Assembly (NCBI GenBank): GCA_043788935.1
Contig: JAYWIJ010000257.1
Coordinates: 12,944-76,943 of the forward strand
Length of the DNA: 64,000 bases
Source of the DNA: Gemmatimonadaceae bacterium
GTDB lineage: Bacteria; Gemmatimonadota; Gemmatimonadetes; Gemmatimonadales; Gemmatimonadaceae
Direction: 5' to 3'
The position numbers were made by a program, and so were the translations under genes. Below, piece after piece: positions 45,484 to 54,214 of this stretch. A model generated the notes under the pieces. It made no database searches and had not been told where the DNA came from. It saw only the letters and a program-made list of their open reading frames with translations. Within the stretch, counting starts at the first letter, position 1; each line of letters opens with the position of its first letter.

Positions 45484-45727
45484 GATCTACAACTGTTGTC
45501 GCGGAGGTCGCTGAGGAGCGGAGGAACGCGGAGAACAGCTTTTTGTGGGAACTGCGCTCGACCAACGAGTGCGGTTCCCATTTTTTGCCCTTCCCCGCGT
45601 TCCTCCGCTTCTCCGTTCCTCCGCTCGTCCGTTCCTCCGCTCGTCCGCTTCTCCGCTCCTCCGTTCCTCCGTTCCTCCGTTTCTCCGTTTCTCCGCGCAC
45701 TCCTCGCACTCCGCGAAAACAGTTCTG
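45484..45727. repeat. long palindromic MITE-like element with expanded CTCCGYTCCTCCG tandem repeats in one arm
   Basis: Termini ACAACTGTTGTCGCGGAGG... and ...CTCCGCGAAAACAGTTCTG are inverted copies of each other and of the termini of 62748..62912. The central hairpin shares TGGGAACTGCGCTCG with 8260..8274. Confidence 0.7.
45547..45586 (+). terminator. intrinsic-terminator-like hairpin plus T6 at the centre of the palindromic element, downstream of the DEAD-box helicase gene
   Basis: GGGAACTGCGCTCG-accaa-CGAGTGCGGTTCCC followed by ATTTTTT. Confidence 0.55.
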
Positions 45728-45772
45728 ATGGTCATACATCGCATCGGCGTGTGAACGATCGCGCTGATGCAG

Positions 45773-46192
45773 TCAGGTGCGCCGGATGCGGCCGATGCGG
45801 GAGATGGCGAGGGCGGTGGAGGCGTTGCCGCGGGTGATGGTGATGGTGGCCGTGGCGGCACCCCAGCCGATGCCGGTGGGGCCGAAAGCGATGGAGTCGC
45901 GCGTGGTGCGCATGCGGACGCCGTATTCGTCGAGATGCAGAGTGCGGACGGTGTCGGTGCCGGCGTAAACGGTCATCGTGTTGGCACGCGCGTCAATACG
46001 GACCGCGGTGCGGCGCGCCGAGGTGAGCGCCACGGTACGAGCGTCGGCGACGGCACGGGCCGCGTCGGTGGCGGCGAGTCGGACGGTGAGCCGGTCGCGC
46101 ATGCCCAGCATGGCGGGCAGCGAAATCCCGGCCAGGATGGCGGTGACGGCGAGGACGATCAGCAGTTCGGGAATGGTGAATCCGGCACGCAT
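45773..46192 (-). CDS. GspH/FimT-family pseudopilin (prepilin-type N-terminal methylation domain)
   Basis: 139 aa. MRAGFTIPELLIVLAVTAILAGISLP. Confidence 0.8.
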   Translation of the reverse strand: MRAGFTIPELLIVLAVTAILAGISLPAMLGMRDRLTVRLAATDAARAVADARTVALTSARRTAVRIDARANTMTVYAGTDTVRTLHLDEYGVRMRTTRDSIAFGPTGIGWGAATATITITRGNASTALAISRIGRIRRT

Positions 46193-46348
46193 ATCCAGAG
46201 GCTCCGTGTGGCAGGTGGAGCCATCATGCGCGTCACCGCACCGAAACGCACACCGAATTCACGCAGCTGACATCGTTTGCGCGCGTGGGTGTGTCGTTAC
46301 CTTGGCTGCGCGTCTCGCGTGTGCGCCGGAACGCGCACACACGCGTCG

Positions 46349-47005
46349 TCAGAGGGCCAGCAGCGCCGGGATCTCGTCCATCGACAGCACCACGTGCGTG
46401 GCCCCGGCCGCGCGCATGGCGTCGGCGTCGGTCATCGCCGCGTAGCCGATCACGCGCATCGACGCGGCACGGGCGGCCTGAATGCCGAGCAGCGAATCTT
46501 CGATGACGAGGCACTCGTCGGGAGCCACGCCCAGTCGCTCGGCGGCGAGCAGGAACACGTCAGGCGACGGCTTTCCATGTACCACCTCGGTGGCGCTCGT
46601 GATTCGTCCGGCCATGCGTGGCAGCAGACCGGTGATGCCGAGCGTCTTCTGCATCTTGTCGTGCGACCCGCTGCTTGCGACGGCGAAGGGAACGCCGTGC
46701 ACGTCGAGCAGGTCGAGCAGCGCTTCGACACCAGGCACCGCCTCGAGATCGCGCTCGAACGCGGCGTAGGCGCGCGCATCGACCCGCTGCAGGAAATCGT
46801 CCGGCGCCGCGTGGCCGAGTTGCTGTGCGACGATCTGCATGCAGCTCACCATCGAACGGCCCATGAAGGTGCGGATCGTGTCGGCCGGTGTGTACGGCAG
46901 GCCGATTTCGGTGAGCATGCCGGCGAAAACGACGCTCATCAGCTTCTCGCTGTCCACCAGCACGCCGTCGCAATCGAACAGCACGGCTCCCGGACGCCCG
47001 GTCAC
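46349..47005 (-). CDS. HAD-superfamily hydrolase (beta-phosphoglucomutase-like subfamily IA)
   Basis: 218 aa. DCDGVLVDSE motif I, ASSG motif II, GKPSPD / EDSLLG motifs III-IV. Confidence 0.88.
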   Translation of the reverse strand: MTGRPGAVLFDCDGVLVDSEKLMSVVFAGMLTEIGLPYTPADTIRTFMGRSMVSCMQIVAQQLGHAAPDDFLQRVDARAYAAFERDLEAVPGVEALLDLLDVHGVPFAVASSGSHDKMQKTLGITGLLPRMAGRITSATEVVHGKPSPDVFLLAAERLGVAPDECLVIEDSLLGIQAARAASMRVIGYAAMTDADAMRAAGATHVVLSMDEIPALLAL

Positions 47006-48336
47006 TTCATCACACCGACGGGGGGGACGCCGTTGAGCAGCGCGTCGATCGCCAGTGCGCTGAGCGCCTTGATGCCGGTGGGCAACGACGCTTCGTCCAC
47101 GTCGTACATCGGCGAGTGATTGGCCGGTGTGTTGAACGGGTCGCGCTCACGTGGCGTGACGCCGAGGAAGAAGAACATGCCCGGCACCTTGTTCAGGAAC
47201 AGCGAGAAATCTTCGGCGGGTATCGACGGTGCACTCTCGAGCACGTTGGCGGTGCCGACGGTGTTGCGCAGCACGTTGGCGCCGCGTGAGAACCACGCCG
47301 GGTTGTTGGCGGTGGTGGGATAACCGAAGGAGATCGTCACGTCGGCGCGGCCGCCGGCGGCCGTGGCGTACTGTTCGGCGATGGCCTTGATCTGCGTGGC
47401 GATCGTCTGGCGCGCCTTCTCGTTGAAGGTGCGGAAGGTGCCGATCATGACGGCGCTATCCGGGATGATGTTCTCGCGGACGCCGCCGTTGAACGCGCCG
47501 ACAGTCAGGACGGCGGGACCGGCGGTGAGATCGACGTTGCGGCTGACGATGGTCTGCAGCCCGCCGATGATCTGCGCGCCGATGACGATCGGATCGACGC
47601 TGCGCCAGGGCTGCGCGCCGTGGGCCTGCTTCCCATGCACGCCGACGCGCCAGTTGTCGCCGCTGGCCCTGAGGCCGCCACTGCGGGTGGAGACGCTGCC
47701 GGTGGGGCCGGGCCAGGTGTGCAGGCCATACACCGCCTCGACGCGCGGGTTGTCGAGCGCGCCGGCCTCGATCATCGCCTTGGCGCCGCCGTTGGGCGCC
47801 CCTTCCTTGGCGGCCTGAAAGAGGAAGGTGACGGAGCCCGGCAGCGTCGCCTTCATGCCGGCCAGGACCTCGGCCACGCCCATCAGGATGGCGGTGTGGG
47901 CGTCGTGTCCGCAGGCGTGCATGACACCGACGGTCTGGTTGTTGTACTGCGTGGTGACCTTGGACGCGAACGGCAGGCCGGTCTGCTCGGTGACCGGAAG
48001 GGTGTCCATGTCGGCTCGCAGTGCAACGGCCGGGCCCGGCTTGCTGCCGCGCAGGACGCCAACGACGCTGAAGGTGCCGCCGACGTTGGTCTTCACCTCG
48101 AGCCCGAGGGCGCGCAGGTGCGCCGCAACGACGCCAGCCGTGCGCTCCTCCGCGTAGCTGAGCTCAGGGTGCTCATGCAGGTCACGGCGCCAACTCACCA
48201 CCCGGGGCGCCACCTTCGCGATCCGGGCGTCGAGGTCGCGAGTGATTGCGGCCGGGATCGGCGGCGTGAGCGGCACCTGGGCCGCGAGGGAGGTCGCGGC
48301 GAGGCTGACGAAGGCAAGGGCAGTGATGAGTCGCAT
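47002..48336 (-). CDS. M20D family amidohydrolase (N-acyl-amino-acid/hippurate hydrolase-like), secreted
   Basis: 444 aa with a signal peptide. MHACGHDAHTAILMG metal-binding block. Confidence 0.9.
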   Translation of the reverse strand: MRLITALAFVSLAATSLAAQVPLTPPIPAAITRDLDARIAKVAPRVVSWRRDLHEHPELSYAEERTAGVVAAHLRALGLEVKTNVGGTFSVVGVLRGSKPGPAVALRADMDTLPVTEQTGLPFASKVTTQYNNQTVGVMHACGHDAHTAILMGVAEVLAGMKATLPGSVTFLFQAAKEGAPNGGAKAMIEAGALDNPRVEAVYGLHTWPGPTGSVSTRSGGLRASGDNWRVGVHGKQAHGAQPWRSVDPIVIGAQIIGGLQTIVSRNVDLTAGPAVLTVGAFNGGVRENIIPDSAVMIGTFRTFNEKARQTIATQIKAIAEQYATAAGGRADVTISFGYPTTANNPAWFSRGANVLRNTVGTANVLESAPSIPAEDFSLFLNKVPGMFFFLGVTPRERDPFNTPANHSPMYDVDEASLPTGIKALSALAIDALLNGVPPVGVMK

Positions 48337-48418
48337 GGAAAAAATCTAGCGCTACCCGTGGGAACGTGGCCCGGGCCGGTTACTTTGCGGTCTGACTCCA
48401 CACCCCAACACCCACGTC

Positions 48419-49498
48419 ATGCGTATTGCCCTCTCAACCGGTGGCGGAGACGCGCCGGGCCTGAACGCCGTCATCCGCGCGGCCGTCCTTTCCGCTCTCG
48501 ATCGCGGTTGGGAAGTCCTTGGTATCAAGCGCGGTTACTACGGTCTCCTCGGTGAGGACGACGTGGTGCCGATGACTCGCGACATGGTCGCCGGCATCGG
48601 GCATCTTGGCGGGACGATTTTGCGCACCACGAATCGCGGAAACCCGTTCGCGTATCCCGTCGCCAACGGTGATGGCACGTACCGCGAAATCGACCGCTCC
48701 GACGAAGTGGTGGCGAATGCCCGTGCGCTCGGCATCGACGCAATCATCACGATCGGTGGTGACGGCTCGTTGTCGATCGCGCAGCGTCTGGTGGAGAAGG
48801 GGATGAAGATGGTCGCGGTTCCGAAGACCATCGACAACGACGTCAGCGGCACGATCACCACGTTCGGTTTCGACACCGCGGTGACGACGGCCATCGAGGC
48901 CATCGACAAGCTGCACACGACCGCCGAGAGCCACGACCGCGTGATGGTGCTCGAAGTGATGGGGCGTGACGCGGGATTCATCGCGTTGCACGCCGGGTTG
49001 TCGGCGAGTGCCGATGTGGTGCTGATCCCCGAAATCCCGTTCGATGTCGATACGGTGGTGAAGAAGATCCGCTCGCGCGATCTGGCCGGGCGTCGCTTCT
49101 CGATCGTGGTAGTGGCCGAGGGTGCGGTGCCGATCGGTGGTGAAGAGTCGATTCTCGGGCCGTCGATGCCGGGGCAGGCGAAGCGCGTCGGTGGTCTGGC
49201 CGGCCCGCTCGCGCGGACGTTGCAGGAGAAGACGGGCAAGGAGGCGCGTTCGATGGTGCTTGGCCATCTGCAGCGCGGTGGGCAGCCCACCGGCTACGAT
49301 CGTCTGCTGGCCACGCGATTCGGTGGTGAGGCGGTGCGTGCGGTGGCGGAGGGTCGCTGGGGCCACATGGTGGCGCTGCACTCGCCCAACATCGTGACCA
49401 TTCCGATCGTCGAGGCGTTGCGTGAAGTGAAGCGTGTGGATCCCAACCACGACATCGTGCGGACCGCGCGCGCGACGGGCATCTCGTTCGGCGACTGA
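48419..49498 (+). CDS. pfkA: ATP-dependent 6-phosphofructokinase
   Basis: 359 aa. GGGDAPGLNAVIRA, TIGGDGS, PKTIDND, MGRDAG, GHLQRGG. Confidence 0.93.
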   Translation: MRIALSTGGGDAPGLNAVIRAAVLSALDRGWEVLGIKRGYYGLLGEDDVVPMTRDMVAGIGHLGGTILRTTNRGNPFAYPVANGDGTYREIDRSDEVVANARALGIDAIITIGGDGSLSIAQRLVEKGMKMVAVPKTIDNDVSGTITTFGFDTAVTTAIEAIDKLHTTAESHDRVMVLEVMGRDAGFIALHAGLSASADVVLIPEIPFDVDTVVKKIRSRDLAGRRFSIVVVAEGAVPIGGEESILGPSMPGQAKRVGGLAGPLARTLQEKTGKEARSMVLGHLQRGGQPTGYDRLLATRFGGEAVRAVAEGRWGHMVALHSPNIVTIPIVEALREVKRVDPNHDIVRTARATGISFGD

Positions 49499-49732
49499 TT
49501 TCATTCCCTCCGGGAACCTGACCGGTCGGCGTCCGCAGCGTTTCCGCTGTGGAGACAGTTGTCCTCTGCAGGGGACGGACGCGCCGATTGCGAGCCATGT
49601 CGTGAAACGGTAAGTGCTTGCGCACGAACTGCTTACCGGATTGGCGGGATGTGGCACCGGCCCTGCTTGAGCGGGGTAGGAGCGTCACGCGCGGGTGAGA
49701 CGCGTCAACCGGTGGAAGGAGTCGAAGTCGTG

Positions 49733-50428
49733 ATGAATGTCTGGCGGACGGCGGTGACAGGATTGTGCCTGGCGGGAGGCGCTGCGGTCGTTGCAGCGCA
49801 GTCGTCGCCGTCCACGTCACCGACCGTGCCTGCCGCATATGTGCCGCCGTCGGGGATGTGTCGTGTGTGGCTGCGCGACGTGCCTCCCATGCAGCAGCCG
49901 GCACCGACGGACTGCCGATCGGCACTGCGCACGAAGCCTGTGGGCTCGACGGTGATTTATGGTCCCGAGCCGAAACGCAACGGCTTCACGCCGAGCGACT
50001 GGTCACGTCCGTCGGAGCGCCGGACACGCGACGACGATCGCACACGGACGCCGTTCCGGAGCGGGAGTGAGGTGTGCGCCGACAGCAACCGCGACGGCCT
50101 GTGCGACGAGGCGCAGGGGGGAGAGTCGTGTGTGGATGCGCGTGACACGCGCTGCGATGACTCTGCGCCGGCGCTGCCATCGATGCGCAGCGCCGTGTTA
50201 TGGACCGAAGGCCAGCGCCCCGCCGATCTGCAGCGGTGGTTCGGCGGGATGAACGTCGCCGCGCGCTTCGCGATGCCGTCGCGCGGGCAGTCGCCGGAGC
50301 GTGTGCAGTGGTTCGACATGGACGGGCATGTGGTGCAGATCTGGACCGACCGCAACGGTGATGGGCGGGCTGATCGGGTGGAACTGTTCAATCATGATGG
50401 CACGCGCATTCGCGTGATCGGTCAGTGA
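49733..50428 (+). CDS. secreted hypothetical protein with Cys-rich and DxNxDG calcium-binding-like motifs
   Basis: Internal ATG gives the signal peptide MNVWRTAVTGLCLAGGAAVVAAQ. Motifs DSNRDGLCDE and TDRNGDGRADRVE. Confidence 0.55.
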   Translation: MNVWRTAVTGLCLAGGAAVVAAQSSPSTSPTVPAAYVPPSGMCRVWLRDVPPMQQPAPTDCRSALRTKPVGSTVIYGPEPKRNGFTPSDWSRPSERRTRDDDRTRTPFRSGSEVCADSNRDGLCDEAQGGESCVDARDTRCDDSAPALPSMRSAVLWTEGQRPADLQRWFGGMNVAARFAMPSRGQSPERVQWFDMDGHVVQIWTDRNGDGRADRVELFNHDGTRIRVIGQ

Positions 50429-50582
50429 CGCGCAGCATTTCGGACCACGGTCCAGACGTAAAAGTACGGACGGATGCAGCCATTGACAGCCAATCCTGAA
50501 CGGCTAACTATCGAGAACAATCGAACACCGTGGTCATTTGCCGCCTCTTGCCGCCACGCAAAATAAAGAGCTAAAACGCGAC

Positions 50583-50610
50583 GCCCGGCGGCTTCAATGC
50601 GCCGGGCTTT
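50583..50610 (+). terminator. intrinsic-terminator-like hairpin inside the leader of the ATP-grasp operon
   Basis: GCCCGGCG-gcttcaatg-CGCCGGGC followed by TTTGTCGTT. Confidence 0.5.
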
Positions 50611-50692
50611 GTCGTTGGTGGTGGGTCGTTACCGGAGATCGTCGTGCCGTCGCGGGATGTCGCATCCCGTCTGTCGTGTCGGACGAAACTCC

Positions 50693-51715
50693 ATGACGAC
50701 CCACCAGGCCGGCATCACCGTGACCGAAGAGAGCATCATGTCCCGTCTGCCCATCGCCATCTATCACGAACACCCCGACTGGTTCCGCCCGCTGTTTGCG
50801 GAACTCGAGCGCCGCGGCATTGCGTACGAGAAGCTCGACGCCGCCGCCCACCTGTTCGATCCGTCGGAGACCACGTCGCCCTGGTCGCTGGTGTTCAACC
50901 GCGCGAGCCCATCGGCATACCTGCGCAATCACGCGCAGACGACGTTCCACACGCTGCACTGGCTGCGGCATCTCGAAGGCATCGGCGTGCCGGTGGTGAA
51001 CGGATCGCAGGCGTATGCGTATGAATTGTCGAAGGCGACGCAGCTCGACCTGCTGCGCGAACTCGGCCTGCCGTACCCGAAGGCACGCGTGATCAACCAT
51101 GCCTCGCGCGCGGTGGAGGCGACGAAGGGTTTCCGCTTTCCCGTGCTGGTGAAGGCCAACATCGGCGGCAGCGGTGCCGGCATCGTGCGCTACGAGTCGG
51201 CCGAGGCGCTGGCTGAGGCGGTCGTCGCGGGCACCGTGGATCTCGGTGTGGACAACACGGCGCTGGTGCAGGAGTCGGCACCGCTGCGTGATGGACACAT
51301 CACGCGGGTGGAGACGCTGGGCGGCAACTACCTGTATGCCATCAACGTGTATCCGCCGCAGGACAGCTTCGACCTGTGCCCGGCGGATGCCTGCCAGACC
51401 ACCACCGGTGCGGAGTTGGTGCGTGGTGCGTGCGCGATCGATGCACCGAAGTCGGGGATGCGCGTGGAGGCGGCGCAACCGCCCGCACACATCATCGCGC
51501 AGGTGGAGCAGATCTCGCGCGCGGCGAACATCGACGTGGGCGGCATCGAATATCTGGTGGATGATCGCGATGGTCAGCACTATTTCTACGACATCAACGC
51601 GTTGAGCAACTTCGTGGCGGATGCGCCGAACGTGATCGGCTTCGATCCGTTCGTGAAGCTCGTGGATTACCTCGAGGCGCGCGTGGATGGTGCGCCATCG
51701 CTGGTGACGACATGA
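50693..51715 (+). CDS. ATP-grasp domain protein (RimK-like ligase family)
   Basis: Blocks FPVLVKANIGGSGAGIV, LVQES and GGIEYLVDDRDGQHYFYDINA are typical of the ATP-grasp fold. The start is ATG 50693 or 50738. Confidence 0.78.
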   Translation: MTTHQAGITVTEESIMSRLPIAIYHEHPDWFRPLFAELERRGIAYEKLDAAAHLFDPSETTSPWSLVFNRASPSAYLRNHAQTTFHTLHWLRHLEGIGVPVVNGSQAYAYELSKATQLDLLRELGLPYPKARVINHASRAVEATKGFRFPVLVKANIGGSGAGIVRYESAEALAEAVVAGTVDLGVDNTALVQESAPLRDGHITRVETLGGNYLYAINVYPPQDSFDLCPADACQTTTGAELVRGACAIDAPKSGMRVEAAQPPAHIIAQVEQISRAANIDVGGIEYLVDDRDGQHYFYDINALSNFVADAPNVIGFDPFVKLVDYLEARVDGAPSLVTT

Positions 51716-52764
51716 GGTACGGCTACTGGTTGCCGGTGTTCGGCGGATGGCTGCGCAACGTGCCCGACGAGGGCATGGAAGCGACGTGGCCGTACGTGCA
51801 GCGACTGGCGCGGCGGAGCGAGGAAATCGGCTTTGACCTGACGCTGATCGCGGAGCTGTTTCTGAATGACATCAAGGGCCTGGCGGCGCCGGCGATGGAT
51901 GCGTGGAGCACGGCGGCTGCGCTGGCGGCGGTGACCACCCGGCTGGAGCTGATGGTCGCGGTGCGTCCCACGTTTCATCATCCAGCGACGCTGGCGAAGC
52001 AGGCGGCCAACATCGACCACATCAGCAATGGACGATTGTCGCTGAACGTGGTGTCGAGCTGGTGGAAGGACGAGGCGCGCCGGTATGGCGGCACATTCGA
52101 TCAGCATGCCGATCGCTACGCGCGGACGGCGGAGTGGCTGACGGTGTTGAAGGGCGCGTGGACGGAGCCGTCGGTCACGCATCACGGGAAGTTCTATTCC
52201 GTGGATGAGCTGGTGGTGGAACCCAAGCCGGTGTCGAGCTGGTCGCGTCCGCATCCCGTGCTGTATGCGGGTGGTGAGTCGGAGGCGGGCAAGTCACTGA
52301 TCGCATCACAGTGCGATGCGTTCGTGATGCACGGCGATCCGCTGGAGCGTGTGGCACCGAAGATCGCCGACATGCGTGCGCGTCGCGGGGCGGCAGGGGG
52401 GCGTCCGATGCAGTTCGGCATGGCGGCGTATGCGATCGTGCGCGACACCGAGGCCGAGGCGCAGCGTGAGCTGGAGCGGATCACGAACGTCGAGCCGGGG
52501 TCGCCGGGATATCACAACTATCAGGACTGGATTGGCAACACGCAGCTCGAGCAGCAGGTGTCGCTGCACGACTACTCGGTGAGCAACCGTGGGCTGCGGG
52601 CCGGGTTGGTGGGCACGCCGGAGCAGGTGGCGGACCGGATCCGTGCGCTGGATGCGGCTGGGGTGAACCTGCTCTTGCTGCAATGCAGTCCGCAGTTGGA
52701 GGAGATGGAGCGGTTTGCGGAGCAGGTGATGCCGCTGGTGGGCGCCGGGGTGGGCGTGCGCTGA
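51712..52764 (+). CDS. LLM-class flavin-dependent oxidoreductase (SfnG/RutA-like)
   Basis: 350 aa. GYWLPVFGGWL, NGRLSLNVVSSWWKDE and HGKFYSV...EPKP...PHPVLYAGGES align by eye with dimethylsulfone monooxygenase SfnG. ATGA overlap with the ATP-grasp stop. Confidence 0.88.
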   Translation: MRYGYWLPVFGGWLRNVPDEGMEATWPYVQRLARRSEEIGFDLTLIAELFLNDIKGLAAPAMDAWSTAAALAAVTTRLELMVAVRPTFHHPATLAKQAANIDHISNGRLSLNVVSSWWKDEARRYGGTFDQHADRYARTAEWLTVLKGAWTEPSVTHHGKFYSVDELVVEPKPVSSWSRPHPVLYAGGESEAGKSLIASQCDAFVMHGDPLERVAPKIADMRARRGAAGGRPMQFGMAAYAIVRDTEAEAQRELERITNVEPGSPGYHNYQDWIGNTQLEQQVSLHDYSVSNRGLRAGLVGTPEQVADRIRALDAAGVNLLLLQCSPQLEEMERFAEQVMPLVGAGVGVR

Positions 52765-52899
52765 AACGATATCATGGGGTCCGACACCATGGTCGGCGGG
52801 TGCGCTGACACGACACCATGGGGTCAGACACCATGATCGCCATTGATCGCGACGGACTGTGTCTGACCACACTGTCGCGCACCGCGATAGAATGCGGCC

Positions 52900-54198
52900 A
52901 TGGCCAGCCCTGACCCCACCAGCGCCGCGCACCGCCTCCGCTCGATCATCGGCGGATCCATCGGGAATCTGGTGGAGTGGTACGACTGGTACGCCTACTC
53001 CGCCTTCTCGCTCTACTTCGCAAAATCGTTCTTCCCGCCGGCCGACCAGACGGTCCAGCTGCTGAATGCGGCGGCGGTCTTTGCGGTCGGTTTCCTCATG
53101 CGGCCGTTGGGTGGGTGGCTGATGGGCCGCTACGCCGATCGGCATGGCCGTCGCACCGCGCTCACCGCCTCGGTGCTGCTCATGTGCGCGGGATCGCTGC
53201 TGATCGCGATCACACCGTCGTACGCCAGCATCGGCATCGCAGCGCCGGCGCTGCTGGTGTTCGCGCGCATGATGCAGGGGGTGAGTGTCGGCGGTGAATA
53301 CGGTGCCAGTGCCACGTATCTCAGCGAGATGGCCGGCGCGACGCATCGAGGCTTCTGGTCGAGCTTCCAGTACGTGACGCTGATCATGGGGCAGTTGCTG
53401 GCCTTGGGCGTGCTGCTGGTGCTGCAGCGCACGATGAGCGTGCCCGACCTCGAAGCGTGGGGGTGGCGCATTCCGTTCGTCATCGGCGCGGCCTGTGCGC
53501 TGGTGGCGGTGCGGCTGCGGCGCGGCATGGCTGAAACGACGGCGTTCACGAAGGCACGCACGCCAGGGACACATTCCGAATCGACGCTGCGCACGCTCCT
53601 CGATCATCCGCGTGCGGTGGCCACGGTGATCGGACTCACGGCGGGTGGCTCTGTCGCGTTCTACACCTTCACGACATACGCGCAGAAATTTCTCGTGAAC
53701 ACGGCAGAGTTCAGCAAAGCCGACGCGACCCTCATCTCGGCGGCCTCACTCGCGATTTTCATGTGCGTGCAGCCGCTGGTCGGAGCGATTTCCGATCGTG
53801 TCGGTCGGCGACCGGTGCTGATGACGTTCGGCGTGGTCGGAACGCTCGGTACGTTGCCGTTGCTGACCGCACTCTCGCGAGCGACGAGCTTCGGCGCAGC
53901 GCTGACGCTGCTGACTCTCGCACTGCTGGCGGTCAGCGGCTACACCGCCATCAATGCCGTGGTGAAGGCGGAGCTCTTTCCGACGAGTGTGCGTGCGCTG
54001 GGCGTGGCATTTCCGTATGCGATCGCGGTGTCGGTGTTCGGCGGCACGGCGGAATACCTGGCGCTCTGGTTCAAGAACATTGGCCACGAACGCTGGTTTT
54101 ACTGGTACGTGACGGTGTGTATCGCGGTCAGCCTGGTGGTGTATGCGACGATGCCTGAGACACGGCACAGCGCAGCGATGTGTGAGCACGACGAGTGA
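52900..54198 (+). CDS. MFS transporter (metabolite:H+ symporter family, KgtP/ProP-like)
   Basis: 432 aa. GNLVEWYDWYAYS, GWLMGRYADRHGRR, GGEYGASATYLSE. Confidence 0.9.
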   Translation: MASPDPTSAAHRLRSIIGGSIGNLVEWYDWYAYSAFSLYFAKSFFPPADQTVQLLNAAAVFAVGFLMRPLGGWLMGRYADRHGRRTALTASVLLMCAGSLLIAITPSYASIGIAAPALLVFARMMQGVSVGGEYGASATYLSEMAGATHRGFWSSFQYVTLIMGQLLALGVLLVLQRTMSVPDLEAWGWRIPFVIGAACALVAVRLRRGMAETTAFTKARTPGTHSESTLRTLLDHPRAVATVIGLTAGGSVAFYTFTTYAQKFLVNTAEFSKADATLISAASLAIFMCVQPLVGAISDRVGRRPVLMTFGVVGTLGTLPLLTALSRATSFGAALTLLTLALLAVSGYTAINAVVKAELFPTSVRALGVAFPYAIAVSVFGGTAEYLALWFKNIGHERWFYWYVTVCIAVSLVVYATMPETRHSAAMCEHDE

Positions 54199-54214
54199 GT
54201 GACGCGGAAGGACC

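Noticed and set aside
50597-50692. Upstream part (MRRALSLVVGRYRRSSCRRG...) of ORF 50597..51715 as the true start of the ATP-grasp protein.
   Set aside because: This start lies inside the terminator-like hairpin, the extension is Arg/Cys-rich, and ATP-grasp similarity begins after the ATG at 50693 or 50738.
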